The position numbers and the translations under genes were made by a program. The notes beneath the pieces are model-generated. The model saw only the letters and a program-made list of their open reading frames with translations. It had not been told where the DNA came from and ran no database searches. Shown piece by piece: positions 1 to 8,092 of a DNA stretch of 60,965 bases. This DNA is from a virus. Its lineage: Duplodnaviria > Caudoviricetes. The DNA is taken from positions 1 through 60,965 of the IMG/VR virus record IMGVR_UViG_3300035144_000004. One strand, written 5' to 3'. How positions within the stretch are numbered: the first letter of the stretch is position 1; every line of letters begins with the position of its first letter.

Positions 1-127
1 AAAGGAAAATAGCCAATGCTAATCATTCTCGCCATGCTGTTGATAGTTGTGATATGGATGCTCTCTTCTATTCACAATGACAAGCATCCGCATGGCAAGT
101 GCTCAGGGTTCTGGTGTCCAGAGTCCA
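1..127. repeat. Terminal direct repeat identical to 60839-60965 (circular assembly overlap)
   Basis: 1-127 and 60839-60965 are identical; 127 is a common assembler k-mer length. Confidence 0.9.
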
Positions 128-267
128 AAGGAAGTAAGTCGCTGTGGCCTAATGGCCACCTATATGCCAACTGCGACGCCGCATGGTTCAGGGCTGTGTA
201 TGGCGTGTTATACTATAAGCGAGAGATGATAATCAGACTATATTGCCATTCTTCAATATTTGGTTGA
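16..267 (+). CDS. Hypothetical protein with N-terminal hydrophobic segment
   Basis: AAGGA RBS before ATG; follows the last gene across the circular junction. Confidence 0.5.
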   Translation: MLIILAMLLIVVIWMLSSIHNDKHPHGKCSGFWCPESKGSKSLWPNGHLYANCDAAWFRAVYGVLYYKREMIIRLYCHSSIFG

Positions 268-323
268 ATCCCTCGCGTTATGCAGTAGTTTATGAATGCG
301 TAGCGGGTAATGCCGCCGCGAAT

Positions 324-405
324 GCGAGAGTGGTGTAAATGGTAGCAAGCCGAGAGCGTAAAGTCGTGAAGGTTGATGTAGGTTCGAATCCTGCCTCTCG
401 CACCA
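324..405 (+). tRNA. tRNA-like RNA, anticodon undetermined
   Basis: Acceptor GCGAGAG/CTCTCGC then A-CCA; T arm GTAGG-TTCGAAT-CCTGC; D loop with GG; anticodon arm does not fold canonically. Confidence 0.75.
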
Positions 406-482
406 AACAGCCGAAAGGCAGTTGCAATTATGTTGAGTCCCGCCTTCGGGCGGGGTAGCTCACATAGAGATCTTTCAAAATT

Positions 483-857
483 GGGGCCGACATGGTTTCG
501 ACTGTTCAGTGGAAATCTTAGTCACATGCCGAGGTTGGTCGATGGCCTCGTAAAAATCGACCACACAAATAATTGCTAAACCAATTATGTTCCCAGGTCT
601 GCAAATGCAGGCTGTAGCTTAGTCTCGAATTAAGCTGACTCTTTAGCAGTATTGAGGGGTTGTCAAATCTGCATGAGCGAAAGGCGAACCAGCTCCGCAA
701 AAAATCGCCCACACCTTCACAGTATGGTGTATAATATCTGTCTGTTATTTGGAAGGAATCCAGTTCCTCCTGATGTGAAATAAGGCTGGAAAAAGCATGT
801 ATAATGACTGGATGGAATCTTTGCAGGACCCGGGTTCGATCCCCGGCGGCTCCACCA
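483..857 (+). ncRNA. ssrA: tmRNA; tag reading frame 575-622 = AKPIMFPGLQMQAVA*
   Basis: 5' GGGGCCGACATGGTTTCGAC; 3' T arm and CGGCTCCACCA with G3.U70; pseudoknot 1 (GAGG/CCTC, TGGTCGAT/ATCGACCA); ATAATT precedes the GCT resume codon. Confidence 0.95.
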
Positions 858-860
858 TAT

Positions 861-935
861 AGCGCGGTATAGTAATTGGTAACTTGCTAGGCCCATAACC
901 TTGTGATTCGGGTTCGACTCCCGACTGCGCTACCA
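861..935 (+). tRNA. tRNA with CAT anticodon (Met, initiator-like)
   Basis: AGCGCGG/CTGCGCT acceptor, loop CC-CAT-AA, T arm TCGGG-TTCGACT-CCCGA, encoded CCA. Confidence 0.88.
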
Positions 936-972
936 GACCTGGCAACTGGAAGGTCTCTATGGAAAGTTGCGT

Positions 973-1007
973 AAGCTCTGATCCTTTTGGGTCGGGGCTT
1001 TATTTTT
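973..1007 (+). terminator. Intrinsic terminator after the ncRNA cluster
   Basis: AAGCTCTGATCC-TTTT-GGGTCGGGGCTT hairpin followed by TATTTTT. Confidence 0.75.
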
Positions 1008-1028
1008 GCCCGTTTATCCGCTTTCTTC

Positions 1029-1057
1029 TTGACATACAGCGAATGCGTGTATACAAT
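1029..1057 (+). promoter_or_regulatory. Sigma70-type promoter for portal
   Basis: TTGACA-17 nt-TACAAT. Confidence 0.75.
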
Positions 1058-1100
1058 GACTGTACATCAATGCGCAAACGATGACATCAATTAGGAGTCC

Positions 1101-3104
1101 ATGAATATGGCGGCAATGAACGATAGCCGGGCAGTATCTCCCCTGGCGGAATACCTTACCAACGTACTGCACCGCCGTTGGGCCTCGGATAGGCGGGAAC
1201 TTGAAATAAAGTGGGAACAGAACGACAACACAATCCGCAGAATAAGACAGAAGAACTGGAAAAACGGAGAAGGTGAGGACTGGCGTGCAGATACTTCCAT
1301 CGGGGCAGTCAAACAAAAGTGGATGACCGGTTGTGCTCTGGTTCTGGATCATGTTCTTGAAGGCGGGGTACTCAATTTCGGGCTGAAGGTGGACAAGGTT
1401 GGTCAGGATATGACCGAGGAAGAGGAAGCAAGTTTCAGTGATGCCCTTGACGATGCCATTGCACGTATCAAAACCCAATTCGAGCTATGCCGCATTGACC
1501 GGACAGCCATCAAGACCGTTTTCGGGATGGGTAAGTATGGCATGGCATGGGCTGGATACAATGTTGACACCTACACCCGCTCCGAGTGGGTTCCTGTCGA
1601 GTATGATTTTGCAGTAGAGGATCCAGAAGACCAGCGATACGAAAAGGTTGTTCACCATATTGATTCCCCAAGTGTTGAGTGGATACCTTGTTGGGAAATG
1701 TATTGGGACATGACCGAAGAGGATATCCGAAAAGGTGACGGCCTATGCCGCGAGCGAAGTATTACCGCCTACAAGCTGCGGGATATGGCGAAAAAAGGCG
1801 ATGGATGGATTCAGGACGAGATTGAATATGTCATTACCCAATGCAAAGAAGCCATGGACAACGGGGAATCTGATGACGATCATGTAGCCCCCGGGCGGAA
1901 GTACCTCGAACACTCCAAGAACAATATCAAGATTCGTGAGTTCCGGTGTCGGGTACCAAAAAAGATCCTTGAAGACTTTGATAAGACGTTGCGTGATCGT
2001 GCGCCGGAGTTCTCCTATGAATCGGAAGTTCTGGAGGAAACGGACGGGCATGAGCAGGAAATACTTGCAGTCGTCGCCAATAACATTGTGGTACGGTACC
2101 TGCCGATTGACGATGAAACCGACCTACGCAAATTCTATCTGATTCCATGGGAAGATGACCTTGACCATACTCACGGAGTCGGGATTGCTGATAATGGCTA
2201 TCAGGCCCAGGAGATCCTAAACGGCGCTATCAACGCGTTCCAGGACAACAAACGGCTGGCCGGCGACGTTCAGGGTTGGTACAATCCGCGGTGTTTTAAG
2301 CAAGACGGCGACATGGTTATTGAACCTGGCAAGCTCCGGCCGCTCGGTACCGATGGATTCAAGAATATCGATGACGCCTTCAAGCAACTGGTAATTGCTG
2401 ATGTCGGGCAATCGTTCCTTGACGTGATCCGGCTTACTCAGGAGATGCTTGACGATGAAACGAATATCCCCAAGATAGCCCAGGGTGCCGCAGGTGTCGT
2501 AACGCCGAAGACAGCCTATGAAGCGTCGCAAATGATGGAGAAGTCGGGGAAATACATTGCTTCCGTTATTCGCAACTTCGACAATGATTTTACCGAGCCC
2601 GTTGTGAATGACTTCCACGAATTTAATATGATGGATCCTGAGAACTCAGTTGGACGCGGCAACTTCGTCGCCATGGCCAAGGGATTCACGTCATACCAGG
2701 ATAAGATTCTCAGAGTGCAAAAGCTGATGCAGGTTATGGGTATGGTAACACAGCATCCGGGACTTGAATCAATGGTCAAGCTGATGAAGCTCATGGAAGA
2801 GATTCTTAGGGCGAACGACATTGATCCGGACGAGATCCTTTATACCCGCGAAGAACTGGCGGAGCGTGAAGCAGCTGAGGCCGAAGCCCAGGCGGAAGCA
2901 GAGCGCGCCGCGCAACAGGAGCAGAACCAGCCGCAGGAGGATCCAGAAAAGGTCGAACTCGAAAAAGAGAAGCTGACGGCAGAGATTGAAGCTATCGAGC
3001 GCGAACAGGAGCGCAAAGACGAGCAGCAGGACTTTGAACAGGAAAAATGGACAGTCGAACAGGCTGCCAAAGAACAGGAACCAGAACCAGGAGTAGCAGA
3101 ATGA
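1101..3104 (+). CDS. Portal (head-tail connector) protein, podovirus type
   Basis: 667 aa, first gene of the head module; portal-like GVGIADNG..AQ..LN..IN...DN and TA.E..QM segments; acidic coiled-coil C-terminus. Confidence 0.85.
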   Translation: MNMAAMNDSRAVSPLAEYLTNVLHRRWASDRRELEIKWEQNDNTIRRIRQKNWKNGEGEDWRADTSIGAVKQKWMTGCALVLDHVLEGGVLNFGLKVDKVGQDMTEEEEASFSDALDDAIARIKTQFELCRIDRTAIKTVFGMGKYGMAWAGYNVDTYTRSEWVPVEYDFAVEDPEDQRYEKVVHHIDSPSVEWIPCWEMYWDMTEEDIRKGDGLCRERSITAYKLRDMAKKGDGWIQDEIEYVITQCKEAMDNGESDDDHVAPGRKYLEHSKNNIKIREFRCRVPKKILEDFDKTLRDRAPEFSYESEVLEETDGHEQEILAVVANNIVVRYLPIDDETDLRKFYLIPWEDDLDHTHGVGIADNGYQAQEILNGAINAFQDNKRLAGDVQGWYNPRCFKQDGDMVIEPGKLRPLGTDGFKNIDDAFKQLVIADVGQSFLDVIRLTQEMLDDETNIPKIAQGAAGVVTPKTAYEASQMMEKSGKYIASVIRNFDNDFTEPVVNDFHEFNMMDPENSVGRGNFVAMAKGFTSYQDKILRVQKLMQVMGMVTQHPGLESMVKLMKLMEEILRANDIDPDEILYTREELAEREAAEAEAQAEAERAAQQEQNQPQEDPEKVELEKEKLTAEIEAIEREQERKDEQQDFEQEKWTVEQAAKEQEPEPGVAE

Positions 3105-3427
3105 CCGAATCAACCGTATTGATTGCCAATTACCCGATGACCAATCTCCCGACTACCGTAGAGGAGTCCGAGGCGCAGGGTAAAGAAATCGTCGTAAAGC
3201 AAATGCAGGTGGTCGGGGATCTGATTGCCAGCGCATTCCAGGACGTATTCAACCGAAACATAAACGACGTGAAGCTGTCCTCCATCAAACGGAAAAAGGC
3301 TGGAGATGTCGAAATTCTCATGCACCGGGGTCGCCCTTTCCTGAAGTTGGGCGAGATGACCGAAGAGTTCAAGACAATCAAGGGCCAGCAGCATATGTTG
3401 ATCCACCAACACTATAAGGTTTTGTAG
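3101..3427 (+). CDS. Hypothetical protein
   Basis: ATGA overlap with portal stop; AGGAGTAGCA RBS at 3089-3098. Confidence 0.7.
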   Translation: MTESTVLIANYPMTNLPTTVEESEAQGKEIVVKQMQVVGDLIASAFQDVFNRNINDVKLSSIKRKKAGDVEILMHRGRPFLKLGEMTEEFKTIKGQQHMLIHQHYKVL

Positions 3428-3428
3428 C

Positions 3429-3743
3429 ATGGATAAGAACCAGGCGCGACAACAGGCAAACGCAGCTAAAGAGGCTGATCTGCAAAAATGGGTCGGTCGG
3501 TCGTACAACCGTGCAATGGAAAAAATCAAGACCAGGACGTTCAAAGGCGAAACCAGTTGCGAGATTGACCTGAAGTTCCCACCGCGTAATCCGGACGATA
3601 AGACCTCCTATGAAGTGGCTGAAAAGCTCGTCACGATACTGGAACAACTCAAGTATTCGGTTCAGGCAGTCCAGCGCACAAACCATACCGGCGCGATCTG
3701 CCGTATCTCGTGGGAAAAGAAGTCAAAGAAGAAAAGACGATGA
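3429..3743 (+). CDS. Hypothetical protein
   Basis: 104-aa ORF tightly packed in the operon. Confidence 0.65.
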   Translation: MDKNQARQQANAAKEADLQKWVGRSYNRAMEKIKTRTFKGETSCEIDLKFPPRNPDDKTSYEVAEKLVTILEQLKYSVQAVQRTNHTGAICRISWEKKSKKKRR

Positions 3744-3760
3744 CAATTTGTGCAAAACAC

Positions 3761-3789
3761 TTGACATCTATTGAATACGTGCGTACAAT
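3761..3789 (+). promoter_or_regulatory. Sigma70-type promoter for the head operon
   Basis: TTGACA-17 nt-TACAAT; spacer resembles that of the portal promoter. Confidence 0.75.
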
Positions 3790-3816
3790 TAATGCACACA
3801 CGGAGATCATTTACTA

Positions 3817-4071
3817 ATGGCAAGCCTTCTGGATCTGGATGAACATAAACTGGCTGTTTTGGCCAACATGGATCAAAATGAGTACTTTCAAATACTCAAG
3901 ACGGTGATAGACATGGATCTCAAAGGGCTTCAAAATGAAGTAGCAACACATCCAAGATTTTGTGATGAGGATCTAACGGAAGATCTTCGCTATAAACTGG
4001 GCGGCATTGACCGTCTGCAACGTGTTCTGAGGCTTCCTGATGAAGCTAAAGAACTAATGAAAAAGAGGTAA
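3817..4071 (+). CDS. Small head-module protein
   Basis: GGAG RBS; 84-aa helical protein of the kind found between portal and scaffold. Confidence 0.7.
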   Translation: MASLLDLDEHKLAVLANMDQNEYFQILKTVIDMDLKGLQNEVATHPRFCDEDLTEDLRYKLGGIDRLQRVLRLPDEAKELMKKR

Positions 4072-4075
4072 GAAC

Positions 4076-4966
4076 ATGTCTAGCTATGTTGAAAGAATGC
4101 TCAGGCGTTTTCTGAATGTGGCCCACACTTGGCAGAAGCCGCAGACCTACAGCGGTGCTGTAACTAACAGTAGCACAGTGACCAACAACGGTGCAGTAAC
4201 AAACAACGGTGCTGTAACAAACACTGCCGCTGTAACCAAAACCGGCGTTGGCAAACTAACCGGGTACAATGCTCTCTCCACTCGTTATGAGTTGAATTGG
4301 GTTGCCGGTCAGGATGGTAAGCCCGGCATCAATGCAGACATCCTCAATGCCACCGAAGCGACTCGGATGGTCACTGATCCGTTCTTTGAAGTACTCGGCA
4401 CGAATGCTTCCTCGGACGATGTGACCTATTATGCCGAGGGCGGTATCAAGGTTGAGACTGACGGCGCAGACGGCGATGGGGTATTCCTGCTCCCGCATCT
4501 CGACGCCAATCAGTCGCCATGGACTCAGATCACCTGGGGCAGTGACAAAGAGACTGTCTGGGAATGTGACATTACAACTGGCTCCGCCATTGACAACTGT
4601 ATCATCTGGGCTGGTCTGAAATTGACCAACACTGATGTCGTTGCCACTGATGACGACCAATGTTACTTCCGTTATGAAGATGCTGTGAATAGCGGCAAGT
4701 TCCAGGCTGTTTCCAGTATTGGCGGAACGGACGACGCTCACGATTCCGGCGTAACGGTCGCAGCTGATACCCGCTATCATCTGAAAATCGTTATCGATTC
4801 TGATCGTGTCGCCACAATGTACATCAACGGTACACTGGTTGAAACCACAAGCGCGTTGACGGATGAAATTGACTTCATCCCGTATGTGTGCATTGAAGCA
4901 GACGGCGCAGCCGAAGCCAAGCACATGTATATCCATGGTCAGTCTATCGGCCGGACAATCGGTTAA
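4076..4966 (+). CDS. Putative virion beta-sandwich protein (decoration/head fibre-like)
   Basis: GAGG RBS; N-terminal (GAVTNN)-type repeats; lectin-like C-terminus (YHLKIVIDSDRVATMYINGTLV). Confidence 0.6.
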   Translation: MSSYVERMLRRFLNVAHTWQKPQTYSGAVTNSSTVTNNGAVTNNGAVTNTAAVTKTGVGKLTGYNALSTRYELNWVAGQDGKPGINADILNATEATRMVTDPFFEVLGTNASSDDVTYYAEGGIKVETDGADGDGVFLLPHLDANQSPWTQITWGSDKETVWECDITTGSAIDNCIIWAGLKLTNTDVVATDDDQCYFRYEDAVNSGKFQAVSSIGGTDDAHDSGVTVAADTRYHLKIVIDSDRVATMYINGTLVETTSALTDEIDFIPYVCIEADGAAEAKHMYIHGQSIGRTIG

Positions 4967-5032
4967 TCTCACGAATGCAGTTCGGGGGTTGCATTGCAGC
5001 CCCCTTACCTAACTAAACAAAAGGAAAGCACT

Positions 5033-5977
5033 ATGCCAGACGACGCCACGACGAGCGCAGAGCAAGACGCACCCGAAGTAATTGAGGACGCCCTGAACGA
5101 AGAAGAGCTCAACGACGATGAGCTTGATGCTCTCTTCAGTGGTGAAGAAGCTACACCAGCCGAAGGTGACACTCCAGAAGAGGACAAAGAGGATGACGAA
5201 GATGCCGAAGAGGAAGAAGAGCCCGCTGAGGACACTCCGGCAGAAGACAAAGAGGATGACGAAGATCCTCTGGCCGAGATCAAGAAGCAGGCTGAAGCTC
5301 TGAAGACCGAAGAGGAGAAAGCCCAGGAAGCAGCCAAGGCGCAGGCAGAAGAAGCTGAACGCCGCAACGCTATGAAGGCTGACCTCCTGAAAGAACTCTT
5401 TGGCGGTGAAAAGAAACCGGATAAGATCAATATTGGCGACAAGGAGATTGACCTTGAGAACTTCCGCAACGAAGTCGGAGAAGACCTGGCCAACCAGATT
5501 GATGAGATTGTAACTGCCCGTTCCTTCCAAATGGCAGAGGCTATGGTGCAGAAGCAAATGGAGGCCGCGCAGTTCGCGTCTCAGGAGCAGGTAAAAGAGC
5601 TCATTGCTCAAAATGAAGAATTTAAGTTCCTGTCTCAGGTAGCTACCACACACCCCGAAATTTGGCAGCTTCAGAATGATGACGCCTTCTGGGGTTGGGT
5701 TGATAAGCAGGGCGACGACGTTGCCACGCTGATTGACCGTGGAGGAGTCGCCGGGACGAATACGGTTGTATCGGCCTACAAAAAGGCCATGATCCAATCG
5801 AAAAACAAAGAGATCGACACCAAATTAGGTGCAAAGCTCGACAAACACAAGAAATTGCATGGTTCAACCATGAAGAGTAAGGCAAGCGCCTCGAAAGCAG
5901 CAACCAAGCAAGGTGATGCAATCAGCGAAGATGAGGCCGATACCCTGTTCAACGAAATCAGCGTGGATGATGATTGA
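5033..5977 (+). CDS. Capsid scaffolding protein
   Basis: Very acidic N-terminus, coiled coil, F..WV..Q motif; lies just before the capsid gene. Confidence 0.75.
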   Translation: MPDDATTSAEQDAPEVIEDALNEEELNDDELDALFSGEEATPAEGDTPEEDKEDDEDAEEEEEPAEDTPAEDKEDDEDPLAEIKKQAEALKTEEEKAQEAAKAQAEEAERRNAMKADLLKELFGGEKKPDKINIGDKEIDLENFRNEVGEDLANQIDEIVTARSFQMAEAMVQKQMEAAQFASQEQVKELIAQNEEFKFLSQVATTHPEIWQLQNDDAFWGWVDKQGDDVATLIDRGGVAGTNTVVSAYKKAMIQSKNKEIDTKLGAKLDKHKKLHGSTMKSKASASKAATKQGDAISEDEADTLFNEISVDDD

Positions 5978-6186
5978 TGGCAGAATCGACCACAACAACC
6001 GCAATGTGTTCTTATAAGATGGAAACGGTCGTCAAGGCCGCCATGGACAATGAGACGCGTTGCCCGTATCCACGTTGCAATCGGATCCTTTTCAAGGGAA
6101 TGCTTGGCCCCGGCTCTCTGGTCGATGTCATGTGCCCGAAATGCAAAAAGCACACGATTTTACAAGTCGTACAAACCGAAAACTAA
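5977..6186 (+). CDS. Mu Com-like zinc-ribbon regulator
   Basis: RCPYPRCNRILFKG...VMCPKCKK; ATG overlaps the scaffold TGA. Confidence 0.75.
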   Translation: MAESTTTTAMCSYKMETVVKAAMDNETRCPYPRCNRILFKGMLGPGSLVDVMCPKCKKHTILQVVQTEN

Positions 6187-6215
6187 AATTTAACCGTATA
6201 AATGCCCTTTAGCCA

Positions 6216-6263
6216 GAACGCCGCGAGTGTCCGTGCATTGGAATCACAACACAGGAGGCTCGC
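6216..6263 (+). promoter_or_regulatory. Putative Com-binding hairpin and competing SD-sequestering stem before the capsid gene
   Basis: GAACGCCGCGAGTGTCC at 6216-6232; 6223-6235 can pair with 6250-6263, covering AGGAGG. Confidence 0.65.
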
Positions 6264-6266
6264 ATT

Positions 6267-7301
6267 ATGGCGACGAACTACAACACAAACGGCGATCTCG
6301 ACCAACGTACCGCCGTCTACGCTGCAAAGCGTCTGCTGAAACGCGCCCAGGAGAAAATGATCCTGGAACGCTTCGGTCAGAAGGATCCGCAGCCCCAAAA
6401 CAAAGGGAAGACCCGTACATACCGGCGTTATCATTCGCTGGCGGCTCTTCCTGCAACTGCTCCTCTCGCTGAGGGCATTACCCCAACTGCCAAGAAACTG
6501 ACGTTCTCGGACGTGTCCGTGACGTTGGAGACTTACGGTGATCTCATTGAGCTGACCCGTGAAGTCAAGCTGTACCACGAAGATCCGGTCTTTAAGGAGA
6601 CTATGGATATTCTCGGCGAACAGCAGGCAGAAGTCGTGGAGCTGATCCGCTGGAACGCACTCAAAGGCGGTACCAACGTGTACTATGCCAATGGCGTCAC
6701 TTCCCGCGCAACCGTCAACTCCCCCGCAAAAGTGTCCGATCTTAAGAAGATCGAGCGTGGTTTTATGAAAAATAAAGCCACGAAAATGGAACGCATTATC
6801 AAGGCATCTGCTGACGTTTCCACGGAGCCGATCCAGGCCGCCTTTATTCTGCTGGGACACACTGACTGCAAAGCTGACCTCGAAAACATGCCCGGCTGGG
6901 TTCCCGTTGCCAACTACTCCAACAGCATGAAAGCCATGCCGTGCGAAGTGGGAAGTATCGGCGCATTCCGCGTGCTGCTTTCGTCCTTGTTCTCCCCATG
7001 GGAAACGTCCGGTGCTTCCGGTACCACGTATCTCTCAGGTGGCGAAGAGGTGTCCGTTGCTGCTCAGGCCGATGTCTATCCGCTGATCGCAATCGCGAAA
7101 GACGCATACGCCATTGTCCCGCTCCAGGGTCGTGGTGCAACCAAGCCGGTTGTCCTTCAGCCGAAGCCTGCTCCCGGTGATCCTATGGGTCGTAAGGGTT
7201 CTGCAAGCTGGACTGCTGATCAGGCATGTGTCATTCTCACTCAAACTTTCGTTGCCCGTCTGGAAGTCGCTGCAAGCGCCGTTCCTCCGGGTGGTGAGTA
7301 A
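6267..7301 (+). CDS. Major capsid protein, N4-gp56 family
   Basis: AGGAGG RBS; LERFGQ..PQP.NKGKT..YRRY, LAEGITP, YGDLIELT and GDPMGR.G motifs. Confidence 0.92.
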   Translation: MATNYNTNGDLDQRTAVYAAKRLLKRAQEKMILERFGQKDPQPQNKGKTRTYRRYHSLAALPATAPLAEGITPTAKKLTFSDVSVTLETYGDLIELTREVKLYHEDPVFKETMDILGEQQAEVVELIRWNALKGGTNVYYANGVTSRATVNSPAKVSDLKKIERGFMKNKATKMERIIKASADVSTEPIQAAFILLGHTDCKADLENMPGWVPVANYSNSMKAMPCEVGSIGAFRVLLSSLFSPWETSGASGTTYLSGGEEVSVAAQADVYPLIAIAKDAYAIVPLQGRGATKPVVLQPKPAPGDPMGRKGSASWTADQACVILTQTFVARLEVAASAVPPGGE

Positions 7302-7316
7302 TTGGAGGGCTGAACT

Positions 7317-7979
7317 ATGATGCAACAAGTTTCAGGCACATTTGACGGCACCGGAGCAGATCTTTATATCTGCCTCGGCTTCATTCCCGACTGGGTAAAG
7401 ATCCGGACTCTGGAAACCACCGACGAGGAAATTGTCGAGTGGAACAAGAACATGCGCAGCGCGGAAGCTTTCGGCGGCTTCGACACTGACGATGATGGTG
7501 CAATCGCTCCTATCACTCACGGCGTCGGTATTGCTGAATATCGCGGCGGCGACCTTGTTTCCTCTGCTTCCACGGTCTACCTGCAACGTCGTGCTGATGA
7601 AGATCTGCGCGATGCCGGTACCGGTGATGTTATCAGTTCGTGGACGCTGGATACTCCGGCTAACCGCACTGGTCACGTTAATGCCGGTGTCAATACGACT
7701 CATGTGGGCGAAGGCTCCTTGATCTGTATCGGCAACGAAGCCAAGGGCGATGGCGAATGGGCCGTTATCCAGGCTATGACCAACGACGGTGATGCAACCG
7801 ACGAACTCACCCTGTCCAAGGCACTCGGCAGCGGTCAAGTTTTGGCCCTGAGAGGCATGTACGACTTTATTGGCGTACCTGCCGGAACTGTCACCAAAGC
7901 AGGGTTCTTCATCGACAGTACTGCGTCTGTTAACACGGACAACGAACTGCTGATGTTCGAGGCCGGCACCTTTAACTAG
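7317..7979 (+). CDS. Putative minor capsid/cement protein
   Basis: Directly after the capsid gene; G.F.G.G...YI.LGF.PDWV motif; GGAGG RBS. Confidence 0.6.
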   Translation: MMQQVSGTFDGTGADLYICLGFIPDWVKIRTLETTDEEIVEWNKNMRSAEAFGGFDTDDDGAIAPITHGVGIAEYRGGDLVSSASTVYLQRRADEDLRDAGTGDVISSWTLDTPANRTGHVNAGVNTTHVGEGSLICIGNEAKGDGEWAVIQAMTNDGDATDELTLSKALGSGQVLALRGMYDFIGVPAGTVTKAGFFIDSTASVNTDNELLMFEAGTFN

Positions 7980-7988
7980 GTCGGCAAG

Positions 7989-8031
7989 CCGGTGCCTGCT
8001 TCCTGGCGGGTACCGGCACCCCTTTCCTTTA
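7989..8031 (+). terminator. Hairpin/terminator after the capsid genes
   Basis: GCCGGTGCCTGC...GCGGGTACCGGC with a pyrimidine tail. Confidence 0.5.
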
Positions 8032-8092
8032 ACTGTTAACCCAATGTAACTACGAGTCTACAGCACACAACAAAGAGGCGAAAGACCACACT

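Noticed and set aside
483-935. tmRNA/tRNA as a prophage attachment site with flanking host DNA
   Set aside because: No integrase, no duplicated 3' fragment, and phage genes lie on both sides of the circle.
4256-6860. Long minus-strand ORFs (4256-4972, 5009-5797, 6183-6860)
   Set aside because: Antisense shadows of well-supported + strand genes, with no RBS or motifs.
7280-7320. T7-like programmed frameshift extending the capsid protein
   Set aside because: No slippery heptamer near the stop; the next gene has its own GGAGG RBS.
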